From Octopus sinensis (taxonomy: Eukaryota), in assembly GCF_006345805.1 (NCBI RefSeq), contig NC_043012.1, positions 39,494,001 to 39,558,000 of the forward strand: a stretch of DNA of 64,000 bases. The letters run 5' to 3'. Shown piece by piece: positions 40,694 through 55,004 of this stretch. Position 1 is the stretch's first letter; every line of letters starts with the position of its first letter. The position numbers were made by a program, and so were the translations under genes. The notes under the pieces are model-generated. The model made no database searches, was not told the DNA's origin, and saw only the letters and a program-made list of their open reading frames with translations.

Positions 40694-42464
40694 ACATACA
40701 CAAACACACGATGATTTCTTTGTCTTGTTAGATGAAAGCTGTCTCACACTTAATCTGATTGTTCCGATCCATTTTCACCCTTGCATGTGTTGTGTGGAAA
40801 TGCCGTTCCACACCATCTATCACCATAGGACTTTATAAACGGCTCAAAAAATGGACCGATAATGAGACATCAGTACATCATTGGATTTAAGCGCCAAAAG
40901 CTCGTACATCATTCTCTCAGCGCTATAGTAGGTTCCAATAGCAAGCACTACCAAATCGATGGTACTGTTTTGACTGCAAGTTTTATGTCAGGGTATTTTC
41001 TTCCTAGAAGGTTTGCCTTACTCACGGCTTTGTTAAAAATAATGGGAGCCTCGTCTACTGCTGAGAAATCTATTTAACCTTTAGGTGGGACCCATACATG
41101 TATTGCTGTTTTGGGTCAGAATGGACATGGAAGTAATGGTAGTTAATGGGTGACAATCTGCCCACAGTTCTAGAACACCTGAACTGAAGCCACACCACGG
41201 ACGCAGTTTGTTGTACCTGGGATATATACATAGATGCATACACTCAAACGCACGGACACATATTTTGAATGTGTGTACCCAAAACTACTGGAATTACTGC
41301 AAGCCAAAAAGTGATGCTTTACTCGATTGAGGTATTTGTTAGAAAAAGCATCCAAAAGTCCCTCAAAATTTACCAATGTGAAAAAAATGACGAACACAAT
41401 GGTTATTAAAGCACGAAATATAAAATACACATTATACTTGAATAATATATGAAATGGTTACGGCCGGAACTGCTGTGATCCAGCAGGTCTAAATAACAAC
41501 CAAACGTGCCAACGTGAGAGACTCGATGTAATCGCCTGACCTGATAGAAACAGTGATAGTGAAATCTCCCTCAGATCACACCCGACTGTCTTTAAATAAA
41601 GTACAAATTGAAATTTGTTAACTTAAGACTACCTTTGACCACGAAGCTTTTCGAGAAGCGCTGAGATAAACAACAGCAGCAACGATATTTGGCAATTGCC
41701 TCTATTTCTATATAAAATATGACTACGCAAGCCGTGGTGTCCAGCCGATACTGAGAACGTTATTGTTAATAATCCTAAACACTTATCAATACATCACCGG
41801 ATTACATCTTAATTACAAGGCTTGTTAATCTGCCTATAAAACCATGCCTTCTATTCGTGTTTGCAAACATCTCGTTGCTTCTACGTTGTAATCTTCGTTT
41901 GATCACGCTGCCATGCTATGGATGGAGTTATCTGTTTAGTTCTTGAAAAGGCGATCAAGGTGATTCCATTGTTTTCTACAATGGAACACGAATATAGGAA
42001 ATATATTGAAGGAAACAATTCCAAACACGCCAAAGCATGCGTATCAGCAATAAATACATGTGTTTGCCTATACATATCTGTATGTACGTACATATGTATG
42101 TATGTATGTATGTAGGTAGGTAGGTAGGTAGGTAGGTAGGTAGGTATACACTTGTCAGCAGGCATGCATTACATTATATAAATGAAGAGAGAAAGAGAGG
42201 GGAGTTTGGAATAGATAAATATGCAGTTAAGCAGATAGATAGGTTGTTAGATAGATTATGAGTCCAATAAATGTCAATTTTGAATGGTTCTGTTCAAACA
42301 TATATCCTGACTTGTAGTACGAAGTTTTTTGTTTAGTTGAGGAAAGAAATATGGTTTCTAGCATTATGGAGAGTAGATTGCTGTGAAAACTAATCGAAGG
42401 TGATTGTATGTATGTATTTGCGTATGTGTCTTTGAGTATTATATATATATATATATATATATAT

Positions 42465-42515
<51 letters not shown>

Positions 42516-44395
42516 TTTATTCTTTTATATATTTCAGTCATTTACCAGCGGCCACATGAGGTGGTATGAAAATGTTCCCAGACTACTTACGTTTAATATA
42601 AAAAAATAACAAGGTAGAAACGATGGTAGACCGTCATAGCTCATTTCGGCGCTATTACTCTTTGGTGTTGCCACTTGTTCACACAGAGGTACAACGGGTG
42701 AGCATCTCGAAAGAACTCCAGAATAATATTTTACGAAATCAACCTGGAGATATTGACAGACTAAGAGAGGCAGTGTACATGTGTATGAATACAAATATAT
42801 ATACAATATATCCGGATTGATATCGTGAAATATTCTAGATTTCTCTCGAGATGCTCATCACGACACTCTTAAAAGCCATATTCTATAGATTCTGTTTTCC
42901 TTTCTAAACTACTCGACTTGCATAAACAGTTTTGGTCGTTTGTTTCTGCTCGCATTCATGTTTATCTCTTTGATAAATATCATGGGCACAAATAAAGGAG
43001 ACTTATAGGCATGTGAAACTTCCAGCTTTCTTCAGAAATGTCGTGCCCAGACTTGCGCAAGCGTATCCAGAGACAGGTCAACCTTCACCGACGGATCCTC
43101 TATGAAGTGTTATTCTATTTCTCCATTCATAATTTTAAATGACGTTTGCTTCCATAGCGCGTATTCTTTTTATACATAAGTTATGTTCCTATGGTAACGT
43201 AATTTTGGTTTGATGTTTTTAACGGCTTAGAATTTAATTTCACTTCATAATTTGAAACTGACTTGAAAGTATGTATATTATTTCTCCTTATGTCATATTG
43301 TTATTTTTGATATTCTGGTTACTTACGATGTATTTTATATATCGTATTATGTGTAATAATGTTGTTTTTCTTTGGAGTGTTTATGTATGTGGGATTGTGT
43401 GTGAGTGTGTGCGTATTTTGGTTGTGTAATTTGTTTATCTGTATGAGTGTGGGTGTGTTAATATTGTTGTATATATCGAGTTTAGTGAGTATGTATATGT
43501 ATATGGTGTGTGTTTTACGTATGTATATTTGTGTGTGAATGTGTTTATGGGTTTGCTATATAGGTTTGGGGATGTATGTGTTTATTTGTCTGTGTGGGGT
43601 TGAGTGGGTTTTTGGAGTGTATATTGAGGTTTATATGTGTGTATAGGTATGTGTGAGTGAGGTGGGTATTTGTATATGTCGTGGGTGTGTGGTTTACGTG
43701 TGTGTATTTGTGTGTGAATGTTTAGGTTAGGGGGATTGCTATATAGGTATGTTATAGAGTTTAGTAAAGGGAGATTTTATCATTATATGTTTTTATGAGT
43801 TTTGGTTTATCATGGTAGTTTTGTTAAGGAATTCGTAGTAGTTTGTGTCTATTTGCGATGTCTGTTATTTTGTTGTATTATTTCATTCATAATTTTTAAG
43901 TAGTGTTCGTTTTACCAAGTGAATATAATTTTTAATTCCATTTATTCCATTTCTCCATTCATAATTTTAAATGATGTCCGTTTCCAGAGCGGGAATGTGG
44001 GTTGTTTGTGTGTGTGAGGGAGTATGAATAAGAATTGTGTTGAAGTATTTGGCTATTTTATTTATTTATCGTTGCCTAGACGTTTTTATGTGTATGTATA
44101 GGGATATATATATAGGTGTGTGATTTAGTGTATGTATTTAGATATGGTTATATATAATTAGTTATATGTGTATGGGTGTATATATAGTTTATTTTTTGTT
44201 TTGTTTTATATTTTATATTTTATATTTAATTGTTGATAGGTTTATTTTAGTTTATATATTGTTTATATATTGATTATATATGGATTATATATAGGTTATA
44301 TATAGATTATATATTTATATTTTTTCGTTAATACTTTAATTATTTTAAAATTATTATTTTTATATTTTAAAATATTGATATTTTAGATTGGAAGT

Positions 44396-44438
44396 CCACC
44401 TGAAGATTGTCGATCAGGACAAGAAACAATTGTAGTGG
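44396..44438 (+). ncRNA. Minimal type I HHR, intact core
   Basis: CCAC-CTGAAGA-TTGTC(gatcag)GACAA-GAA-ACAATTGT-A-GTGG; perfect 8-nt palindromic helix III; cleavage after 44434. Confidence 0.8.
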
Positions 44439-44540
44439 CGGTTTTTTTTTACTTTTTATTAAAATTTTATGTATTGATTAAGTCTTTCCTTGTTTGTTTT
44501 GCAAAATAGTGGTTTTGTCTCTAATAATATTATATATATA

Positions 44541-44572
<32 letters not shown>

Positions 44573-44761
44573 TGAATTATAATTATATGTATCTAAGCGA
44601 TATCACCATGCTCGAAATATCAGTCAAAACCTGACACTCTTAGGTACCCTTAATTATAACTTGATAATAATTATTACCTATAGAGTTTTCTTCCCATGCT
44701 GGCCACTTCATATGATCGTTATTTTAAATAACGCTCTTATACTTATTTATATAAAAATGTT

Positions 44762-44821
<60 letters not shown>

Positions 44822-44823
<2 letters not shown>

Positions 44824-45073
44824 CGTGACGCATATTTGCCATTTTGAATATGGCTAACCCCTAAGGGTGGATGCTACTGTAGTTTGTAGTCCCAGGAAGA
44901 TACCTCCTCCAGCTGGCTATAGACACACTTTCTGTGCCCTATCAGTATTTGTGAAGGGAAGTCATCCTTCCCGTCTTCAAATTATGGTACACACGGACTC
45001 GAGTTTCAAGGTATTTAGCTATCATCCACCCTTAGGGGTTAGCCATATTCAAATGGCAAATATCCGTCACGAT
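44822..45073. repeat. Inverted repeat, ~51-bp arms, ~150-bp spacer
   Basis: 44822-44873 versus 45023-45073, near-perfect. Confidence 0.85.
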
Positions 45074-45110
45074 GTGTTACCGCTACTGTTTATAACTCGC
45101 TCTGAGATTT

Positions 45111-45163
<53 letters not shown>

Positions 45164-45589
45164 ATGTATGTATGTATGCATGTATGTATGTATATATATC
45201 GTCTTTACCGATGTAGAGTAAACATCTAGTGTAAAGATTCAATCATTGTCAATATCTTTTCAAATCCTGCCGCATTTCACATTGAATATTTCGACCTCGG
45301 AAGTCGTCTTAGTGGGTAACTTAACAAATCGACCTACCTTTTGGGGCATTAAAATTTGGTTTGAAAATTTCGAATTTTATACTGGAAAATTTGGTATTCA
45401 TATTTCTGATACTGGCAGGATGTTCAAACTTTAAAATCGGTGTAACCGAAGTAATCGACTCCGCCTCCACACTTTTATTCCATTTTCCAGGATTGCAATT
45501 CGAACTCAGGAAGTAAATGGATTCAAATAAACAATGTAAATTCATTTAGTGGAGGAATCGGTTGTTCCCGCCATCCAGCAGCCCCTTGA

Positions 45590-45795
45590 CAACACGTGAA
45601 AGAAAGTTTCGATCCAACGAAGGAGAATACGTGGCTCTGTTCATAAGAAATAGCAACCAAATCACTCCTTAGTCGATAAAAGATTTCAAGACACATGGTC
45701 TCAAAACGCATGGGATGGCCATGCCTGGAATACTTTGATCACATAATAGGCTTCTTCGATCAAAGCTGACCTAGAGCTGAACAACAACAGCAGCA
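45590..45795 (+). mobile_element. SINE-like family C 3' part
   Basis: AGAAATAGCAACCAAAT...GCTGACCTAGAGCTGAACAACAAC; related pieces at 41460-41690. Confidence 0.5.
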
Positions 45796-46187
45796 ACAAC
45801 ATAAACATAGAATAACGATGATTATCTTGAATGATGAATGATCCTTATCTGGGGGCAGTTCTTGTGTTCCAATTTACTTTGTCCAATCTAATAAGAAACC
45901 AAAACCTCTTTGTTCGATTTCCTCATCACGTCAGCATTTCTTGCTAAAGTCATCCAAAGTGTTTCAAGCATTACCTCAATTCCACACAAGAAAGACAGTT
46001 TAATTAAATATTCTATATGTTTCCGCCAATTCTGCCTTGGCGAAACGTAATTTCGGAGATAAAATACATGTCATGACGTGTTGCAGCGTTAAGATGTTTT
46101 AATATCGACATCACTAAATGAAATAACCGCTACGAATACTAATGAAAGTAGAAGAGAAACACTGGCATGTTACACACACAAACGCAG

Positions 46188-46580
<393 letters not shown>

Positions 46581-46759
46581 ACTCACTCTCTCCCCTGTAA
46601 AGCAGAGTAAAAGTGCACAATACATAGTGTTGATATAATATTTATTAAGACATAGTTGAGTATTCAATCCGTTGCTAGAGGGCGTTCACAACACACACAT
46701 AGTGCATGTGTTTAGAAATACATATGCATGTGTATATAAGTATGTGTATATATATATAT

Positions 46760-47171
46760 AAGTTAGGCAGGTCGATATACAAAGAATATTTACTACATTA
46801 AATACAAAAACAATGTATCTATGTTTAAATAAAAAAAATGGTCCGACTTACACACCATTGAAATGGCATCAAGAATTAAAGGGGTTGAAAAAAAAGTTTA
46901 ACAGTCCAACAGGTGTTTCTAGGGAGTCGGCGGTTCAAAGTAATGATTGTAAATTGATTCCATCGGCAGATGAGTTGAGTCTCCGTCTTCGGGGAAGAAA
47001 TCTTACATTTTAAATGTTGATTAAAGATGGAAACATCTTTCATCTCCTTACTGTCAACACCTAAAATGTAAGATTTCTTCCTGAAGACAGAAGTTCATCA
47101 CATCTGACGATGGAATCAATTTACAATCATTATTTATAATCGTTTTCTTTGTATATTGACCTGCCTAACTT
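46760..47171. repeat. Nested inverted repeats
   Basis: Outer arms ~46760-46785 and 47146-47171; inner arms ~46942-47012 and 47062-47133. Confidence 0.75.
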
Positions 47172-47265
47172 GCGTATCCGTACATTTACTTCTCTATCCG
47201 CTCAAATTTAAACCCCTTGAGTACTACTAGGTGTATTCTATACGGAGAATAATCGGTTCTATGAA

Positions 47266-47356
<91 letters not shown>

Positions 47357-47575
47357 TGCGTGTGTGTGGTGTATGTATATATATGTTAGTGTGTGTGGTC
47401 TGTGTAGGTATATATGGGAGTCTGTGTATATGTATTTAGGTTCCTCAACTATGCATTAATAATTGACTGTAAAACATTCTACTGCGAAATTAAGTTAATT
47501 AAACAATTAAATATTTCTTCGCATCATCCTGTGTGTTTTATTTAATTTTCATGACTTCATGTGGTCACGATGGGT

Positions 47576-47716
47576 AGATTTTTACCTTATATAAAGATAA
47601 TGCAATCTTAATCATAATATATGATTGGAAGTAAGAAATTGAAACGTACGTGGGCGACATGAAATTACTATTATAAAGATTAACTGATTTTTTCCGTTCA
47701 AGCTTTCCATTTTCCT

Positions 47717-47763
<47 letters not shown>

Positions 47764-47844
47764 CACACACATACGTATCTACACGCACACGCACGCACAC
47801 ACATACACAGCATGTACACACATACGTATGCAAAAATATCTATG
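47576..47844 (-). repeat. Inverted copy of 51291-51653
   Basis: Near-identical non-microsatellite sequence (both translate [18 protein letters not shown]). Confidence 0.85.
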
Positions 47845-50800
47845 GCTAACTTAATGAGCTGTCAAAACAGCCTCAGAGACAAACTGTGTGAGTGTATGTT
47901 CGTGCGTGCACGAAATGATTCATTTAATAGGTGATACGATATAGCCTTCGAACATTTTTAGTAAATACCATTTAAGTTTCGTCTCGTCTAATTTAAATCT
48001 TAAAAAGTGTCCCGTGAAAATATTATCCACATACCGTATGCTATTTATGCAGTATTTCGCGCAATTTGGCACCTATTTTAGAGACTAAACACAGCTTTGC
48101 CTCACTTTAATACTCTTAGTTGCAACTGCATTAAACTAAATAACATTGAATTATGTTATAAGTCTATAAGTGGTAGTTTATACGAATCCTCTGTTAAAAA
48201 TTACCAAACTATATATATGCCATAATTTAGCATTACTGCTAATCCCTTCAAATTTGTTTCAACCAACGTTACTACATCTCTCGTTATAGATATAGAAGCC
48301 ATACAGTCTTCTTTTCTATCTTAATCTGGAATCTAAATGGATGAAAATCAACAACAACTTTAAATAGAATTTCCTGTGACCTATTAAAATTTTACTTTAA
48401 CAACAAATCCTGCTAACTAAGTACAATGGGGAGTTTGGAAATATTTCCCGATTAAATGTCACTTCTGAACGATAATTCGGTGACTATTAGAATTTGTCCC
48501 TATGTACAGCATAAAACTTTTGAATGAGTCAAATCAGTGATCTACTCTAAAACCTAGATATTTTATGCGATAACTAAATAGATACCATCAACTAATCCGC
48601 ATTTTCCTATGATATAATGTTCGATTTTACTTGGTAAATTGAACTTATATACTTCATATTTTACAAAACTTCTGTTTGTATTTCTAGATATAACCTTCCT
48701 TCAAATTCGTGCTTTTTTTTTCGCCCCCACCCCCGCGAAAGTTTCCAGTGAAAGAATTCCTTCAGTCTTTTGAAGTAAATCTTAAAGTAAGAGTTGGAAT
48801 AATCAATTGCTAATATCAGTTTAGCACCTGATATTGATTTTATGGGAGAAATGAAGAATTTAGAGATCTTGACACAGCCACAAGGTAACGTTGAATGGTA
48901 TTAAGTCTTGAAAAAATATAAACTGTATATAGACATCTAGTAAAAACAAAAACTAAATTGCTAATCCTGGGGAAATAACAAGGAAAATGCTTGAACAAGT
49001 TGATAGCTTTAGATATTTTGGAAGAACAATAATGGAAGATGATAGATCAAATAAATAAAATGTACATTGGGGCGGCCATATAGGCTTCCGTAAAATTAGT
49101 CTGTTTAGAAATAAACAGTAAAAAGGATTGCAATTCTAAGGAGAATGCGTATATAAAATGCAATAGTAATTTTAAGTGGGTTTTATGGGTACGAATGATG
49201 GCTGTTAGCTGTTGAAAGTGAGAAAAATATTAGGGGCTTTTAAAGGAAATGGTTATAAAAAGATGATTCCCATTCCATATACAAAGCATGAAACCTAACG
49301 AGAGAAATTGTTGTGAAGATAAATATCAACGAATCTCTTGTATGAGTCGTTAAAAGTTGGAAAATGATGGAGCTATGTAAAAGAACAACATGGCACTATA
49401 GCAATAGTGCTTCAATAAATAACCAAACCACTTCGCTTTCTAACCATTCACAATTCTACTGATGTCTAAATACACCAAGAAACATACAAAAGTCATATAA
49501 ATATTGTAAACTATTATCCTATACATTGGACCCATTACATGGAAATTTTGATCCTCATAAAATCGTGGATCACATAAAACATATAACACACGTGCACCAA
49601 TTTTCACCTTTGATGAAAAAACGCGAATAGATGTTCTTGGATCTCCCAAAATAGCCTGATAGTAAGGTGCCGAATAGTTCACATACCTGACACAAAGAGA
49701 GTTTTTTTTCTAATCACGAAAGTGATATACTGAGTGAAGGTATGTCAGAGGATTGGGCCCTGTCCTTCATATAATCCCGGGCGTCGGTTCACATCCATTT
49801 CAGATTAATATCTTTTGGCAATAAAATATCAAGAATAAAAAGGTTGTCACACACGCACAAGCACGCACGGCTACAAATATATGAACTGGGACCACAACCT
49901 GCAAATATTTTCTGCTATTTACAGATAAATAAATACATGTATATTCTCAAGATGCAAATTTAAGTGCACCCCCGTGCACACATCAATTTGCTTAATTGAG
50001 AGTACATATTTAAAGATTGTGTGTGTGTGTTATTTCGGTCTCAACTACAGCTTCACTGAAACGTGAAAGATATAGCAGACACACTTCATTACACAACATA
50101 TAAAATAATGTACCACGTGTTTGAATGTGTGCTAATGGATATTTGAGAGCATTTGAATCTTTCAGTCACTCTCTCACTAAATTATGTAATATGTATACGG
50201 AGTGTGTATATAAGCACACACATACACACACGTCGTATTATATATATGCATATATGAATGTACGTATATTTGTGTCTATACAAACACGCACGCACGCACA
50301 CACACACACACACACACATACACACACACACACATATATATACATGTGCTTATATGTATGTATAATGTCCGTCTCTCTACCTAACTGCCTGTGGATATAT
50401 TCGAAACGTCCACTCATCCATCCAACCATCCGTACATCAATCGAACTATTTCCTCCATCGATTGATTTGTTTATCTATCAATATATTAATTTGTAAACTC
50501 CTCCATTCAACCATCCATGTAGCTTTTCATCCACCTATCAATACGTCAATGTATCTACCTTTCTTCCTGCTCTCTCTATTGATCTATCGTTCCATTGATT
50601 GATCTGTCCTTCGATCTATTTACATACCTATATTCATCCATCAGTAATCTATCAGTCAATCGATTAATCTCACATCTATCCATTACATATATATGTATGT
50701 AAATATCTACACACGCGTGTGTGTATGTATTAAAATATACATACACGTATCCTTATATACACACACACACACACACACATAGTGGAGATGCGATGCTTAG

Positions 50801-51192
50801 TAGGTAGGGTGTTGAACTCATTTTGGTAAGATAGTGCTTTCTATTCCTGGACCGGGCGATACGTTTTTCTTTATGACCAAAACATTTCATTTCACGTTGG
50901 TCCAGTCCACTCAGCTGACAAAACTGAATAATCCTGCGGCAGAATGGCCTCTCCATCCGGAGTATGGGATTTATATATGACACATAATCCTGTCATCCTT
51001 ATCAGCTTACCGCTCGTGTAGGAGATTTTGAACTTTTGTGTCTATGTGTGCAGGCGCGCACGTCTGTGTATATCTGTATGTGGGAGTGTGGGAGTGTGGG
51101 AGTGCATGCACAGCCGGACATGCAGAGAAGGATGTGGACTGGAATGTACTTATGTGCAGTAATGTATATATGCACATCTATATGCACTTGTC

Positions 51193-51289
<97 letters not shown>

Positions 51290-51468
51290 GCATAGATATT
51301 TTTGCATACGTATGTGTGTACATGCTGTGTATGTGTGTGCAGAGAAATGTATCATCGTATTCATTTTTATGTCTAACCATATATATATATGTGTGTGTGT
51401 GTGTGGTGTGTGTGTGTGTGTGTGTATGTGTGCGTGTGCGTGTAGATACATATGTGTGTGTATATATA

Positions 51469-51500
<32 letters not shown>

Positions 51501-51692
51501 TTATAATATAAGGAAAATGGAAAGCTTGAACGGAAAAAATCAGTTAATCTTTATAATAGTTAATTTCATGTCGCCCACGTACGTTTCAATTTCTTACTTC
51601 CAATCATATATTATGATTAAGATTGCATTATCTTTATATAAGGTAAAAAATCTCTTCAGGACAAGAAATTCATAAATATTAACACTAATACT

Positions 51693-51936
51693 GTTCATAA
51701 ACCATTTTTTAAAAACCCACAAAAACAATTAGATTCACTTCAATATTTAAATTTAATTTGTCAAAATATTTTCGCCGCTTTGAGACCGCGACCTTTTCAC
51801 TGACAAAATACCGTGCACCACGGACTTTTGTCAGTGAACAGGTCGCGGTCTCAAAGCGGCGAAAATATTTTGACAAATTAAATTTAAATATTGAAGTGAA
51901 TCTAACGGTTTTGTGTGTTTTAAATGGCTTATGAAC
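51693..51936. repeat. Long fold-back palindrome centred on 51817
   Basis: 51729-51815 versus 51819-51905: 87-bp arms, 3 mismatches, 3-nt loop; looser pairing extends to 51693/51936. Confidence 0.9.
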
Positions 51937-53745
51937 ACCTTCCACGCTCCAATTGTTTTCATTCCAGTACACGATCTCAGATGAAGTCACTCACTATGCA
52001 AGTACATCTCCGTAATATATTGATGTTACGACTAGTGCTGTATGAGTTAGAGGTCCACATAGATTATCTTTATCCAGTCAGCTCCCATCGTAGTGGCTAG
52101 TCTAGCACTGTAGTTAGCAGTGTTACTAGTTGTAATATACACAGCATATGTTATGGGATGGAATTAAGATAAGGACAAATATCATTAGTTCGTAAGTACG
52201 TTTCACCGTTGCAATTATTTTGAACCCAGCATTGATGTTTCGAGTGCTTTTGGATGCCCAACTGCAAGACATCGCCAAGGGAACAATTCATTGCATTCTA
52301 TTACAGAAATCTAATATCTCGGTATTAGATGTTTGTAATAATGCATGGAATAAAGGGTACCCCTCATGATCCCAATGCACTTGTAGCATCCACTGCTGAG
52401 TTCCAGGTAACTGCAATGGTGAAACGTACTTAGGAACTAAATATCTATACTTGTTTTTATCTTAATTATCTTATACACAAACTTGAAATATTACTGTCTC
52501 TCTCTATATATATTTACTATTTATAGCTTGAAAGAATTCCCCGGACAAGCAGAAAACAAAAACTCAATAATCCTTATGAAGTGTTATCCTACTTTTGCAA
52601 GCTGGAAACTAACTCTGCTTTTTACTCTGTGCCTCACACTTCTGATTTCTTGAAGATAGTGAATATTGGAACCAAACCAATCAATCTATCTCTCTTTTTT
52701 CTCCCCCTTCTGTATCATCTACCTGTCCATATTCGAAAATAATGATTAAAATATCAGTTTCTATTCAAATATTATAGGTTTTCATTGCACTCAGCAAGGT
52801 CGCTGTTTAATGCTTCTATTAAGCAGTTGATTAAAGAAAACAATTTTATTTTGTTAAACAAAATACATTTTTCTTTGACCTATGAAAATGTATAGTCAGG
52901 AATGTTTAGATATACATTATAATTGAAGTAATAATTTAGAAAATTTAGGATAATGTGAAATAATTTTTTTGTTTTTTGGAACGGTGAATCTCGAAGTATA
53001 TAAAGCTATAATGACGTACAAAATTTCTGTTAAAATCCCTTTCGAGAGAAAAGGCTGCGTGCTGCCCATGGGGCACTGTAAGCATGGCAGATGTTCTATC
53101 GTTGGACGAAAACAATTCGAATTTCTCAGTTTTAGATACTTTGTTTTTACCAGCAAGAACTGTATGCTGTTAGTTTGGGATCGGTTAATCTCGAAGCAAA
53201 TAAAGCTGTTCCACGCGCATCCTTCGACAATATTATGGAAAATCTGCACGCCATTTTTTGTAGCTTTATCTCCTTCGAGATTCATCGAATCAGAGGAAAA
53301 GAATTATAAAAATTTGATATCAAATTAAGGTTATTATCTGTAATCTATTTTAAGAGTAACAACGAAATAATTTACTGATCGGATAACTCGATATCTGATG
53401 GTAGACTGTGACATTTATTGCAAAATCCAAGTCAGCAAGACCCTCATATTAAAATATGGATTCATAAAATATAAACTTTTATAATATGCTAAAATTATAT
53501 AAAAGATATATTTGCAAAATTATGAAAATGACATCATATTTCATCTTATTTTCTTAAACACGCATACATGTATAATTATACATACACATACTGTCATATA
53601 ACTGAGCATATTTATATAAATGCATTCTCTCACACTGAAACAACCTCATTAAATGAATGCAATTCATTCTAATAATGGACGTATATTACGAAATATCGAA
53701 GAATATTATATATACATACATACGCACACAAACACACACAAAAAA

Positions 53746-53805
<60 letters not shown>

Positions 53806-54055
53806 GCATGCATACATCTATATATTTGTGAAAAGGGCGGATGGCTCAGATTGTGCAGGCAAAAGTGTTGGTAAATGTGGTCGGACTAACCTGAAAATTT
53901 GCACAACTATATTAAAAGTTCTGGGGAATTTGCATGGCAACTTTGAGTTTGCTCAATTGAAAGGCGTGGCCTGTAGGGCAAAACTCTTCATCTTTAAAAT
54001 TGGCCCGAGTAGAACCGAATGAAATCGGGTTATAATAATAGAATACACACACACA

Positions 54056-54765
54056 TACAGGGGTTGTACAAAATAACGGAAACACCTTAAAATTACAAGC
54101 AAATTTATTTTAATGTGGGGTAGGACTGCTTTTGGCAGTAATTACAGCTTCAATTCTATGAAGTATGGACTCGTACAAAGTTTGAATTGTTTCCAAAGGA
54201 ATGTTTTGTCCATTCTTCAGCTAAAACGGTATCCACTTCTTGTAGTGATGATGGTAGAGGATATCGACTCTTGTCTTTCCAAAATGCACCAAAAATGTTC
54301 AATAATATTGAGAAGATCTGGGGACTGTGGTGACCAGATAAGATGTTTAACTTCACTAGAATGTTTCTCGTGCCATTCAGTAACAACTTTAGCTGTGTGA
54401 ATTGGTGCATTATCATCGTGAAAGATTGCTTTTCCCTCCGGAAACAGTACCGCAATCATAGGATGAATTTGATCAGATAAAATGCTTAAATAGTCTTGAC
54501 TATTAATTCTGCCATGAAGGCAAACCATTGGGCCGGAGTGTTTCCAAGATAAGCTCCCACCCCCACCCCACCCAGATCATCACAGATCCTCCTCCATGTT
54601 TAACAGTTGGGAGAAGGCAGTCTGGGTCAAATGCTTCTTTTGGCTGTCTCCACACGTATGTTCGGCCGGTGGTCGGAAATAAGGTAAAGGATTACTCGTA
54701 AAAGAAAATATCATTCCCCCACTGCTCTAGGGACCAGTTCTGTAGGTTTCAGTGGTCCATATGTA
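54056..54765 (-). mobile_element. Tc1-like transposon, 3' fragment
   Basis: FHDDNAPIHTAK...WSPQSPDLLNIIEHFW (DD34E-type catalytic region, frameshifted); TA plus CAGGGGTTGTACAAAATAA TIR-like end at 54056. Confidence 0.85.
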
Positions 54766-55004
54766 TATATTGGATTGTGGACGTGTGGACGGAGAAAATG
54801 AAGTACTCTGAGTGGGAGACGGGTAGAACTGATATGAATTATCCTAAAAGTAGACACAGATCATAAATTATGTGTGTGTGTGTGTGTGTGCGCGCGCTCA
54901 TATATACACTCGTATAACACAAACAAATACAAGTTACAAATAGGTTGATAAGTCCGTTGCATGAATTTCTCACTTAAATATTAATAATAATATCTAATTT
55001 AGGC

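Noticed and set aside
49440-49682. 80-aa minus ORF with a hydrophobic end
   Set aside because: No recognisable family or clear splice context; the length is compatible with chance.
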